Of a stretch of 64,000 bases of DNA, positions 55,390 through 64,000 are shown in pieces (the first letter of the stretch is position 1; each line of letters starts with the position of its first letter). The notes beneath the pieces were generated by a model. That model was not told where the DNA came from. It searched no databases and saw only the letters and a program-made list of their open reading frames with translations. This DNA is from Acidobacteriota bacterium. GTDB taxonomy: Bacteria > Acidobacteriota > UBA6911 > RPQK01 > JAJDTT01. The stretch spans positions 5,024,001 to 5,088,000 of the forward strand of contig CBDCJH010000002.1 of NCBI GenBank assembly GCA_965217775.1, written 5' to 3'. Made by a program: the position numbers and the translations under genes.

Positions 55390-56232
55390 ATGTTGGCTTA
55401 TCTGGAGTTGACCAAGCCGCGGGTCACGTTGATGGTGGTCCTGACGGCCCTGGTCAGCTTCTATCTGGCTTCCACCAGCATCGATCTCGTGCTTCTGGTC
55501 CACACCATCCTGGGGACGACCCTCCTGGCCGCCGGTTGTGCGGTCTCGAACCAGTACCTGGAGCGGGACGTGGACGCGCGAATGCAACGGACCCGAAGCA
55601 GGCCGCTGCCTTCGGGCCGGATCACGCCGGCGAAGGCTCTGCTTTTCGGAGCGGTCCTCACCTTGGGCGGAGGGCTCTATCTGGGAGCGACGGCGAACCT
55701 GCTCACCGGAGGCTTGGGATTGGCGTCCGCCGCGCTCTACCTTTTCGGCTACACACCCTTCAAGAAAAAGTCGCCCCTCTGCACCACCATCGGCGCCTTC
55801 CCGGGTGCGGCTCCCGTGCTCCTGGGCTGGGCGGGAGCCAGAGGCACGTTGGATCCGGAGGCGTGGATCCTCTTCGCCGTGCTCTTTCTCTGGCAGTATC
55901 CTCATTTTCTGGCGATCGCATGGGTCTACCGGGACGACTATCGGCGAGGAGGGTTCCGGATGTTGCCTCAGACGGACCCCGGGGGAAGGAAAACAGCGCG
56001 TCAGATCCTGATCTTCATCCTGCTGTTGGTGCCCGTCAGCCTGCTTCCAACCCAGGTGGGGCTCAGTAGCTCTCTGTACGCGGCCGGCGCCGTCGTCCTG
56101 GGGGGTGTTCTGCTCTGGTCGGGCCTCCGTGTGAGCAGGACCCGGTCCCGCGCCGCGGCTCTCCATCTGCTCAAGACCTCCGTGGTTTATCTCCCCCTCC
56201 TCATGGTCCTGATGGCGCTGGATCGGCTCTGA
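55390..56232 (+). CDS. cyoE: Protoheme IX farnesyltransferase (heme O synthase)
   Basis: LTKPR, NQYLERDVDARMQRTRSRPLPSG and WQYPHF motifs. Confidence 0.95.
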   Translation: MLAYLELTKPRVTLMVVLTALVSFYLASTSIDLVLLVHTILGTTLLAAGCAVSNQYLERDVDARMQRTRSRPLPSGRITPAKALLFGAVLTLGGGLYLGATANLLTGGLGLASAALYLFGYTPFKKKSPLCTTIGAFPGAAPVLLGWAGARGTLDPEAWILFAVLFLWQYPHFLAIAWVYRDDYRRGGFRMLPQTDPGGRKTARQILIFILLLVPVSLLPTQVGLSSSLYAAGAVVLGGVLLWSGLRVSRTRSRAAALHLLKTSVVYLPLLMVLMALDRL

Positions 56233-56245
56233 GGGAAGGACGCCT

Positions 56246-57223
56246 GTGCTAACGCCTGCCTCCCAGCCCACGGGGCCCGAATCGAACGCCAAAGCCGCCG
56301 CGTCGGCAGCCTTCGTCGAGGTCCGGGACCTCGCCTTCCGTTACGGTGACCGAAAGGCCCTGGACGGGATCAGCTTTTCCCTGGACCGGCGGCGGATCCT
56401 GGGGCTGTTGGGACCCAACGGCTCCGGAAAGACCACCCTTTTCCGGATTCTCTGCACCTTGTTGCAACCCCAGGCCGGACAGGTCCGGTTGGCGGGTCTG
56501 GATCCGGAGAGGGACCCGGCCGGGGTCCGCCGCCGCATGGGTGTCGTCTTCCAGACCAACAGTCTCGACCAGGAATTGACCGTGGCCGAAAATCTGGTCT
56601 GCCAGGGCCGTTTGCATGGCCTGAAAGGGCTTCGTCTCAAGGACAGGATCGACGAATTGCTGGAACGGTTCGATCTCGGCGGCAGGCGGAACTCCCGGGT
56701 CCGAAGTCTTTCCGGCGGAATGCGGCGGCGCACTGAACTGGCCAAAGGACTGTTGCATCATCCCCAGATCCTGCTGCTGGATGAGCCCACGGCGGGGCTG
56801 GATCCCCATATCCGCCAAGAATTCTGGGAACATCTGACCGACCTTCGCGACTCGGCCGGGATCACCATCCTCTTCACGACCCATCTGATGGAAGAAGCGG
56901 AAGTCTGCGATCGCCTCGTGATCCTGGACCAGGGGCGGGTCGTGACCGAGGGGAGCCCGGTGGAGCTCAAGGAGAGGATCGGAGGCGACGTGATCGTCCT
57001 GCGTTCCCGCGACCCCAATAGTCTGAAAGCGCGAATCCAGGGGCGGTTTCAGGGTCCCGTATCGGTGGTGAACGGGGCGGTCCGGATGGAGCAGCACCGA
57101 GGCCACGAGCTGATCCGGGATCTGATGGAAGAGTTCTCGGGCGAGATCCAGGCGATCTCACTGGGCAAACCGACCCTCGAAGACGTCTTCATCCGGGAGA
57201 CGGGCCGGGAATTTCAGGTCTAG
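56246..57223 (+). CDS. ABC-2 type transporter ATP-binding protein (no adjacent permease)
   Basis: GPNGSGKT, LSGGM, LLLDEPT, TTH and PTLEDVF motifs. Confidence 0.92.
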   Translation: MLTPASQPTGPESNAKAAASAAFVEVRDLAFRYGDRKALDGISFSLDRRRILGLLGPNGSGKTTLFRILCTLLQPQAGQVRLAGLDPERDPAGVRRRMGVVFQTNSLDQELTVAENLVCQGRLHGLKGLRLKDRIDELLERFDLGGRRNSRVRSLSGGMRRRTELAKGLLHHPQILLLDEPTAGLDPHIRQEFWEHLTDLRDSAGITILFTTHLMEEAEVCDRLVILDQGRVVTEGSPVELKERIGGDVIVLRSRDPNSLKARIQGRFQGPVSVVNGAVRMEQHRGHELIRDLMEEFSGEIQAISLGKPTLEDVFIRETGREFQV

Positions 57224-57702
57224 ACCGAGGCAATTTCCCGATAGCGGCCCCGGTAGAAGAGCAGAGGTTCCGCCTCGGCGTCACCGAGCCGGGCGGCCCG
57301 GACTTCCCCCACCAGGATCACGTGATCTCCCCCGGCATACTGGTGGACGGTCTCGCATTCGAACCAGGCCATGGAGCCGGTCACCACGGGAACGCCGGTC
57401 CGGCCCGGGGTATAGGGTCCCTGAGACCGGTCGGTTCCGCGGCTGGCGAAATGGTTGGATACGTCCTGCTGGCCTTTGGTCAGGATGTTCACGGCGAAGC
57501 GGCCGCTCTCCAGGAAGATGTCCAGTCCGGTGAGACCGTTGTCCAGACAGATCAGGACCAGAGGGGGATCCAGGGAAACGGAAGTGAACGAGTTGACGGT
57601 GAGGCCGTAGGGGACACCCTCGCGATCCTGGGTCGTGACCACCGTCACGCCTGTGGCGAAACAACCGGCAACATTGCGAAAAAGATCCGTGGAGACTTCC
57701 AT
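57220..57702 (-). CDS. Flavin reductase family protein
   Basis: FATGVTVVT, NSFTSVSLDPPL, GGDH and PLLFYRG motifs. Confidence 0.92.
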   Translation of the reverse strand: MEVSTDLFRNVAGCFATGVTVVTTQDREGVPYGLTVNSFTSVSLDPPLVLICLDNGLTGLDIFLESGRFAVNILTKGQQDVSNHFASRGTDRSQGPYTPGRTGVPVVTGSMAWFECETVHQYAGGDHVILVGEVRAARLGDAEAEPLLFYRGRYREIASV

Positions 57703-58033
57703 GGGTCCTCTCAGGAGCCGAGACTATACCAGTCGGGGTCTTGCGTGGCGAGAGACTCGGTGTGGCTGTGTCGGCAGCACGTGATCTGTCCGGTCCAGGA
57801 GGCCATGGGATCAAGTTGGCGATGCGCCTTGCATACTCTTGACTGTGGCGCAAACAAGGCAGGTCGTTTCCTGAGACTGTGTCCGGTTGGCGTGGAAATC
57901 CTTCGGGACGTTGACGAGTACCGGGCAGAGTTCGGTCCGAATAGAATCGATGTCGAATGGAGGTAGCGAAAAATCATGGAGAGTGGCAACATTACCGCAC
58001 CTGCTCCCGAGGCTCAGGGGAAAGACGGGTCAC

Positions 58034-58735
58034 ATGCAAATCGAGCCAGAGATAAGTGGCGTAAGCGTCGTCTTGCTTGGACAGTTCAATCCGGCGATTT
58101 TCACACCTGCTTGGTTCGCGATGCACGCCATTCTACCGAAGAGTGTCGAGGCCAACGCCAAGTTGCAGATTGCCCACGCGCGGGTGACCGCATTTTCCAC
58201 CGACTGGCTTCACCTGGAAGTTACGACCGATCGTTTTCAAGTCGAAACCCAGCAGGCCCCATACATTCGCCTGCGTGACCTCGTCGTGCGCGTGTTCCAA
58301 GAGCATCTGTACCATACGCCCGTCAACGCGTTCGGAATCAACCGTGACGTTCATTTTCGGGTGTCGAGCGTGACTGCAAGAGATCGAATCGGTAGAACTT
58401 TGGCGCCGGTGGAACCATGGGGAGACTGGAGACGTGACCTCGGGTCGGATGGCGAGCATGGTGGGATGACCTCGCTGACGATGTCACAAGTTGATCCCGA
58501 CGGAAGGCCAAAGGGCGGTCGTATCAACGTCACGGTGGAGCCGTCCAATCGGATCGGCCAGGGACGAGCGGGAGTCTATGTTCGGGTCAACGATCATTAC
58601 GCCATCGAGGATTCTGGCCCTGGAGCCTTGGAACGCTTGATGGAGTTGTTCGAGGACGACTTTGAGGCATCACTCAGGCGTAGCGACGACCTCATTGATC
58701 ACATCATGTCCTTGGCAGTGAGCCGGGAGGTTTAG
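58034..58735 (+). CDS. Hypothetical protein (TIGR04255-like sporadic family), gene 1 of the cassette
   Basis: SVVLLGQFNPAIFTPAWF, HTPVNAFGIN and VNDHY motifs; family assignment is from recall only. Confidence 0.7.
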   Translation: MQIEPEISGVSVVLLGQFNPAIFTPAWFAMHAILPKSVEANAKLQIAHARVTAFSTDWLHLEVTTDRFQVETQQAPYIRLRDLVVRVFQEHLYHTPVNAFGINRDVHFRVSSVTARDRIGRTLAPVEPWGDWRRDLGSDGEHGGMTSLTMSQVDPDGRPKGGRINVTVEPSNRIGQGRAGVYVRVNDHYAIEDSGPGALERLMELFEDDFEASLRRSDDLIDHIMSLAVSREV

Positions 58736-58738
58736 TTC

Positions 58739-59344
58739 ATGCCGCAGTCGGAACCATTCACAGCAGCGCAACACATCAATTCAGGTCAACGATCCAGCTC
58801 CAACGAGCGTTTCACCTTGGAGCATCTCGTTCGGAATGTTGACTTGGCCGGCCAGGTGGCGCTGGCGCGCGGAACAGACGCACAGACAACAACTCCACAC
58901 GACCTGAACGCGAGAGCGTCAGTCCTGCCGGTGTCTGCCGGTCGCAGACAGGACGAGGAGGGCCTCTCCTGGATTGTGGACTTCCCGCAAACTGTGCCCC
59001 TGCCACAACCGGCGGCAACTTTCCATGCACTACAAGAGTGGGAGGGATATGTCCTTGAGATCGGAGAAACGGACTTCGTAGCTCGATTGGTTGACTTGAC
59101 GGCGGGCTCAGCGCAAGAAGAGGAAGAAGCGGTCATTCCTCTGGTCGAACTCTCGGACGAAGATTCCGCCAAGATGCGCCCAGGGAGCATTTTCCGCTGG
59201 GTGATCGGTTACGAGCGCACTGTGGCGGGGACCAAGAGACGTGTATCCCAAATCGTGTTTCGCGACCTTCCTGCAATCACCAGGAGGGATTTGAGGGATG
59301 GTGAGACGTGGGCACTTGAAACCATCCGGTCGATAGGTCTGTGA
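58739..59344 (+). CDS. Hypothetical protein, gene 2 of the cassette
   Basis: Low-structure N-terminal half; conserved-looking beta domain LQEWEGYVLEI...FVARLVDLT...PGSIFRWVIGY; starts 3 nt after the gene 1 stop. Confidence 0.7.
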   Translation: MPQSEPFTAAQHINSGQRSSSNERFTLEHLVRNVDLAGQVALARGTDAQTTTPHDLNARASVLPVSAGRRQDEEGLSWIVDFPQTVPLPQPAATFHALQEWEGYVLEIGETDFVARLVDLTAGSAQEEEEAVIPLVELSDEDSAKMRPGSIFRWVIGYERTVAGTKRRVSQIVFRDLPAITRRDLRDGETWALETIRSIGL

Positions 59345-60426
59345 CGGAGACGGGGAAGTCTCCGGGAAAAAACGATTTCGAGCTGACACTTCTCGGTCCC
59401 GGCTACGGTGAGAGTGTTGTGCTTCATGTCGGCGGTGGCGTCTGGGTCATTGTTGACTCCTGCGTCGATACGGACGGAACACCGCAAGCGCTACGGTATT
59501 TGGAGAGCATCGACGTCGACCCGGCCGAGGCCGTCGAGCTGATCGTGGCGACTCACTGGCACGATGATCATATTCGCGGGATTGCGAAACTCGTCGAAGT
59601 CTGCAACCGGGCAGCCTTTGGTTGCGCAAGCGCGCTGCTTTGCAAAGAATTTCTCAATGTAGTTGGTGCTTTGGAAGGCCGGCCTCCGTCAGGCCGCGGT
59701 TCTGGCCTAAGAGAGATTCACAGCGTGTTTTCGCGGCTTGCGCAAATTGCGTCGCACCCGACACTGGCCATCGCCAACCGCCCCGTTTTTGTTCAGGGCG
59801 GATGTGAAATCCAGACGCTTTCCCCCGACGACGCAACCTTCATCAAATTCTTGAGGAAAATTGGACGTCTGCTGTCTGGAACCGGCAAAGCTCGGATACG
59901 GGTTCCCAGCCTCTCTCCCAACGATGTCGCCGTCGCGCTCTGGGTCAAAGTCGAAGACGTTACAGTGCTGCTCGGTTCAGATCTGGAGAAGCGCGGCTGG
60001 ACAGCAGTTCTCGAGAACGACGCGACCCCGGCGGGAAAGGCGTCGGCGTTCAAGGTTGCGCACCACGGATCGAAAGATGCCCATGAACCCGGCGTGTGGA
60101 AGCAGATGCTGGAGCTCGATCCCTTCGCCGTGCTCGCACCCTGGCGCAGAGGTAACCGAACCCTGCCAATGCAACGTGACGTGAAACGGATTCTCTCACA
60201 TACACCGAATGCCTACGCGACCGCGAGGATCGTTTCATCGACACGAACTCCTGTGAACAGAGCCAGTATGGTCAGAAGGACCATCCGGGAATCCGGTATC
60301 CAGCTTCGGCGGCTAGTCATGTCACCCGGCTTCGTTCGCCTCCGCCGTCCACTCGCTTCGGGCGCTCGCTGGAAGGTTGAGACGTTCGGATCGGCGTGCC
60401 ACCTTGCAGTCTTCGCGAGACAATAG
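59341..60426 (+). CDS. ComEC/Rec2-type MBL-fold hydrolase (probable nuclease), gene 3 of the cassette
   Basis: GPGYGES, IVDSC, THWHDDH, N..V, LLGSDLE and KVAHHGS motifs; GTGA overlap with gene 2. Confidence 0.85.
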   Translation: MTETGKSPGKNDFELTLLGPGYGESVVLHVGGGVWVIVDSCVDTDGTPQALRYLESIDVDPAEAVELIVATHWHDDHIRGIAKLVEVCNRAAFGCASALLCKEFLNVVGALEGRPPSGRGSGLREIHSVFSRLAQIASHPTLAIANRPVFVQGGCEIQTLSPDDATFIKFLRKIGRLLSGTGKARIRVPSLSPNDVAVALWVKVEDVTVLLGSDLEKRGWTAVLENDATPAGKASAFKVAHHGSKDAHEPGVWKQMLELDPFAVLAPWRRGNRTLPMQRDVKRILSHTPNAYATARIVSSTRTPVNRASMVRRTIRESGIQLRRLVMSPGFVRLRRPLASGARWKVETFGSACHLAVFARQ

Positions 60427-60508
60427 TTCGTTTGCAATTGCTGAAACGGTGCCCACTACTGGCTGTTCATCTCGGCGTTTTGAATGGAATGCGTACAGGA
60501 GCGAAACG

Positions 60509-61087
60509 ATGGACGACAACAACTATATTGAACCGCCGACCGTTCTCCCGGAGATCGAAGAGGACACGCGCCGCCTCGAGTTCAGTATGGGTTCCGATTA
60601 CCAGACGGGCTCCTTGCTGCGGACCCTGGCGGCCTCCAAGCCGGGAGGCCGGTTCCTCGAGTTGGGAACCGGGACCGGGCTGGCGACGGCTTGGATCCTT
60701 GACGGCATGGATCGGGACTCGCGGCTGATCACGGTCGACATCGATCCTGCGTGCCTGGACGTGGCGAAACGCCATCTGGGAACGGATGGCCGGGTAGATT
60801 TCCGCCGAGGAGATGGAGCCGATGTCATGAATTCTCTATGTGGGTCGCGATTCGATCTGATCTTCGCCGACGCCTGGGCCGGAAAATTCTGGGACTTCCA
60901 GAAGGCCGTGGACCTTCTGAACAAGGGAGGAATCTACGTCATTGACGACCTGTTGCCGGCTCCGCCCTGGCCTCCCGATCACCCTCCGAAAGTGGACGCA
61001 CTACTGGAACGCGTTCAGAATCATCCGACGTTGACGTCTTGCCGACTCTCTTGGTCCACGGGGCTGGTGGTGGCCGTCAAGGGTTGA
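60509..61087 (+). CDS. Class I SAM-dependent O-methyltransferase
   Basis: LELGTGTG, FDLIFADA and GGIYVIDD motifs; AGGAG SD. Confidence 0.9.
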   Translation: MDDNNYIEPPTVLPEIEEDTRRLEFSMGSDYQTGSLLRTLAASKPGGRFLELGTGTGLATAWILDGMDRDSRLITVDIDPACLDVAKRHLGTDGRVDFRRGDGADVMNSLCGSRFDLIFADAWAGKFWDFQKAVDLLNKGGIYVIDDLLPAPPWPPDHPPKVDALLERVQNHPTLTSCRLSWSTGLVVAVKG

Positions 61088-61385
61088 GATCGGAGGTCAC
61101 AGAGGGACGCTTCCTGCCACTGACGCCATCGGAACGGCGCTTGCCGGCAAGCATCCTGCCCAGCCGCTCGTCCATTTCTTCCGCTCCGACAATCTCGCCG
61201 GATCGGCGGCGGGACAGGACTTCGTATAACGCCCTGCGATCCAAGTCTTCGACTTCCAAACGCTGGCGCAGGTCTTCGATGCCCTGCTGAATGACCGCGC
61301 TGACACTGGGGTGCCGCCCGGTATCCACCATAGCCTTGGCAAAGGCGTGCTGCTCGTCAGTGAGAGAAATCGAGTGCATGACCAT
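61077..61385 (-). CDS. ParD-like ribbon-helix-helix antitoxin (orphan, possibly degenerate)
   Basis: SISLTDEQHAFAKAMVDTGRHPSVSAVIQQGI. Confidence 0.72.
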   Translation of the reverse strand: MVMHSISLTDEQHAFAKAMVDTGRHPSVSAVIQQGIEDLRQRLEVEDLDRRALYEVLSRRRSGEIVGAEEMDERLGRMLAGKRRSDGVSGRKRPSVTSDLNP

Positions 61386-61475
61386 CAAGAGGCGCCGTCC
61401 TGGTGCCACGGTAACACTGGGTACTACTGACGTAAATCCGTGACCGTTGAGGAATCCGGGCTGGAACATTGCCGC

Positions 61476-62789
61476 CTACGCCATGGGCAATACGAGCAAG
61501 GCTCTGCAGCCCGGCGTGTGCCTCCGGTTGGTCAGGCTGAGAAATCCGCCGTGGGCCTCTGCGATCTGCCGGGCCAGGACCAGACCGATTCCGCTCCCTT
61601 GGGGCTTGGTGGTGAAGAAGGGGACGAACAGGTTGGCGGTGTCGGCCAGTCCCTTCCCCTCGTCTTCCACGGAGACTTCCAACTGGCCGCCAACCCGTCT
61701 CCAGCCGATGCGGGCGCCCCCTCCGGTCTCCGCCGCGGCGTCGACGGCGTTCCGGACCAGGTTGATCAGCAGTTGCTCCAACTGATCCGGGTCGGCCCGA
61801 AAACGAACCGGCCGGCCGTCTCGAATCGCCACCGGCATCCGGGTCTCCAGACTCACCACTTTGCGGACCGAGTTCTCGATGGAGACCGGGCGTTTGTTCG
61901 GGGCCGGTAGCCGGGCGAGCCGGGAATAGGCGCCCATGAACCGGCTCAGCGCCTGGGCCCGGGAGGAGATGACATGCAGGCCCTCCCGCAGGTCCTGCTC
62001 CCGGTCCGAGTTCGAAAGGTCCCGCTCCAAGAGGGATTCGAGACTCCCGGCGATGGACTTGATGGGGGTCAGCGAGTTGTTCAACTCATGGCCCAACACC
62101 CGGATCAGCCGCCGCCACGCCTGCCGTTCCTCCTCTCGCAGGGTCTGGTTCAGGTCCGCCAGGACCACCAGGTGATGGGGCCGCCCCTCCTCGCGGAACA
62201 CGGTCCGGCGCATTCCCCAACGGCCGCCCCCTCCAGGCAAATGGATTTGGAGCGTCCGGACCGGCGCTCCCTTCAGGCAGTCCTTCAAATCCAGCTCCGC
62301 CGCCCTCTTCTCCAGTGCTTCCGCTCCCGGGATTCCCAGGAGCCTCTGCCCGGTCCGGTTGATGAGGCGCAGGCGCCGTCGGTCGTCGAACGCGAAGACC
62401 GCAACGTCGATCTCCTTCATCACCTTCTGCAGCAGGGCAGCCGCCTCGACCGCTCCCAGGCGTTGCCGGCGCAGGACCTCGCCCAGGACGTTCAGTTCCG
62501 CGGCGAACTCGCCCAGTCCCCTGTCCGCTCCGCCCCGGGCCCGGATGGAGAAGTCCCCTTCACGAAGCGCCGAGACCACGTTGGCGAGGGTCTGAAACTG
62601 AAACGTCAACTTTCGGTACAGCAGGATCAGGCCGCCGGACAAGGCTCCCACGGCCAGCAGCGTGAGGCCGTAGCGCACCTGGGGCGCGTGATCGCCGGTC
62701 CAGAGCAGGACCAGCAGTGCGGCGCAGGCGGGGAGGCCGGCGGCAAGGGAGGTCAGGACGATCCGCGCCTGAAAGCCGAGCCGGTTCAT
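61476..62789 (-). CDS. NtrY/NtrB-like sensor histidine kinase
   Basis: Two TM segments, PAS-like region, HELNNSLTP, NLVRNA, DEGKG, FFTTK and GSGIGL motifs. Confidence 0.92.
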   Translation of the reverse strand: MNRLGFQARIVLTSLAAGLPACAALLVLLWTGDHAPQVRYGLTLLAVGALSGGLILLYRKLTFQFQTLANVVSALREGDFSIRARGGADRGLGEFAAELNVLGEVLRRQRLGAVEAAALLQKVMKEIDVAVFAFDDRRRLRLINRTGQRLLGIPGAEALEKRAAELDLKDCLKGAPVRTLQIHLPGGGGRWGMRRTVFREEGRPHHLVVLADLNQTLREEERQAWRRLIRVLGHELNNSLTPIKSIAGSLESLLERDLSNSDREQDLREGLHVISSRAQALSRFMGAYSRLARLPAPNKRPVSIENSVRKVVSLETRMPVAIRDGRPVRFRADPDQLEQLLINLVRNAVDAAAETGGGARIGWRRVGGQLEVSVEDEGKGLADTANLFVPFFTTKPQGSGIGLVLARQIAEAHGGFLSLTNRRHTPGCRALLVLPMA

Positions 62790-64000
62790 AGCCCGAGTTT
62801 TCCCATGCGCCGGTAGAGGGCGGTCCGGCTCATCCCCAGGCTTCGAGCGGCTCGGCTCACGTTGCCGCCGGTGCGGGCCAGAGCCTTGCCGATCAGAACG
62901 CCTTCGGCTTCCTCCAGGGTCATCATTTCCAGCGGATTCGAATATGGCGAGTCGGCCGGAAGACTCAGGTCCTGGACCGAAATGGAGGACTGCCGGGCGA
63001 GCAGGACGGCACGCTCCACCACATGGCTGAGCTCCCGGACGTTTCCCGGCCACGAGTAGTGGGCCAGGGCCGCCAAGGCCGGTTCGCTGAAACCGTCCAG
63101 CCGCTTCCGGTATTTCTGGTTGTAGCGGCCCAGGAAGTGGTTGGCCAGCAGGAGAATGTCCTCGCCCCGATCTCTCAGCGGAGGCAGGCGGATCTCCACC
63201 GTATTGAGACGAAACAGGAGGTCCTCCCGGAACTGGCCGCGGGCCACCTCCCGCTTCAGGTCGGCGTTGGTGGCCGACAATACCCGCACGTCGACGTGTT
63301 TGGTCCGGGAGGAGCCGACGCGCTGCATCTCTCCGCTCTCCAGGACTCGAAGCAGGTTGGCCTGCTGGCTCACGGGGATGCTGGAGACCTCGTCCAACAG
63401 CAGCGTACCCCCGTCGGCCAGTTCGAAGCGGCCGATCCGGTCCGTTCGCGCATCGGTGAAGGCGCCCTTGACGTGCCCGAACATTTCGCTGACGAAGACG
63501 CCTTCCGAAAGGCCTCCCAGGTTGACGGCCACCAGAGGCTTGGAGGAGCGTGCCGAGACCGAGTGCAGAGTCCGGGCCACCACTTCCTTGCCGGTGCCAT
63601 GATCGCCTGTGATTAGGACGTGAGCGTCTGAGGGTCCCACCCGAGCGATCAAATCCAGGACCGGACGCATGACCGGGGACTGAGTGATCAGTCGAACGTG
63701 TTGCCGGGAGCGGAGGACCCGGTTCTCCTCCTCCAGGCGGCGGCCCTGCCGCAACGCCCGCCGGAGTTCGATCTGGCTCTTCAAGACGGTGAGGAGGCGC
63801 TCGTTCTCCCAGGGTTTCTGGATGAAGTCCCGGGCACCGCGCCGCATGGCCTCCACGGCCAGATCGATGGTGCCCCAGGCGGTCATCACCACCACCCGAA
63901 GGGAGCCGTCCACCGCCAGCAATTGCGTCAGGAGATCGAGCCCCTCCCGGCCCGAGGTGGTGTCCCGGGCGTAGTTCATGTCCATGAGGATGACGTCGAG
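62786..64000 (-). CDS. Sigma-54-dependent response regulator (NtrC family); N-terminus beyond the window end
   Basis: Receiver ILMDMN..MTAW..KPW; GDHGTGKE, GAFTDA and WPGNVREL; Fis-type HTH. Confidence 0.93.
   Translation of the reverse strand, partial: LDVILMDMNYARDTTSGREGLDLLTQLLAVDGSLRVVVMTAWGTIDLAVEAMRRGARDFIQKPWENERLLTVLKSQIELRRALRQGRRLEEENRVLRSRQHVRLITQSPVMRPVLDLIARVGPSDAHVLITGDHGTGKEVVARTLHSVSARSSKPLVAVNLGGLSEGVFVSEMFGHVKGAFTDARTDRIGRFELADGGTLLLDEVSSIPVSQQANLLRVLESGEMQRVGSSRTKHVDVRVLSATNADLKREVARGQFREDLLFRLNTVEIRLPPLRDRGEDILLLANHFLGRYNQKYRKRLDGFSEPALAALAHYSWPGNVRELSHVVERAVLLARQSSISVQDLSLPADSPYSNPLEMMTLEEAEGVLIGKALARTGGNVSRAARSLGMSRTALYRRMGKLGL

Noticed and set aside
57711-57992. 93-aa minus-strand ORF at the left edge of the 58-kb cassette
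   Set aside because: No recognisable motif or SD; it may be decayed mobile DNA but I cannot support that.
57703-61475. Direct repeats or att sites bounding the 58-61 kb accessory region
   Set aside because: None found by eye, and no integrase or tRNA is nearby, so the boundaries remain undefined.

Overview
GC-rich bacterial chromosome segment; gene content and promoter style suggest an Acidobacteriota-like organism (inference, not tested). Most of the window is housekeeping: purB/purE/purD, pncB, mtaB, acpS, serS, add, pyrE, queA/queD/queC, thrC, lutABC, an RpoH-like sigma factor and an NtrBC-like two-component pair. It also holds a ~14 kb respiratory gene cluster: an A1-type aa3 oxidase, a Rieske/split cytochrome b complex, an 8-CxxCH cytochrome c, a lipoprotein with an amicyanin-like copper motif, and heme A/O synthases. 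Accessory DNA is concentrated in three places. (1) Around tRNA-Ser(TGA), two integrase-less islets are bracketed by long direct repeats (139 bp and 87 bp). One islet carries a low-GC three-gene cassette ending in a HEPN-like gene, between IS256 and IS1595 remnants. (2) At 58.0-60.4 kb there is a second three-gene cassette ending in a ComEC-type metallo-beta-lactamase-fold hydrolase, a candidate uncharacterised defence or toxin-antitoxin-like system. (3) Small elements are dispersed through the window: a 158-159 bp MITE with 4-bp target duplications (4 full and 2 partial copies, two of them in or next to tRNA-derived repeats), a second 109-bp MITE-like element, REP-like palindromes, a 22-bp tandem array and a candidate structured RNA. 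putA and three TA toxins are decayed. No CRISPR array or rRNA was seen.
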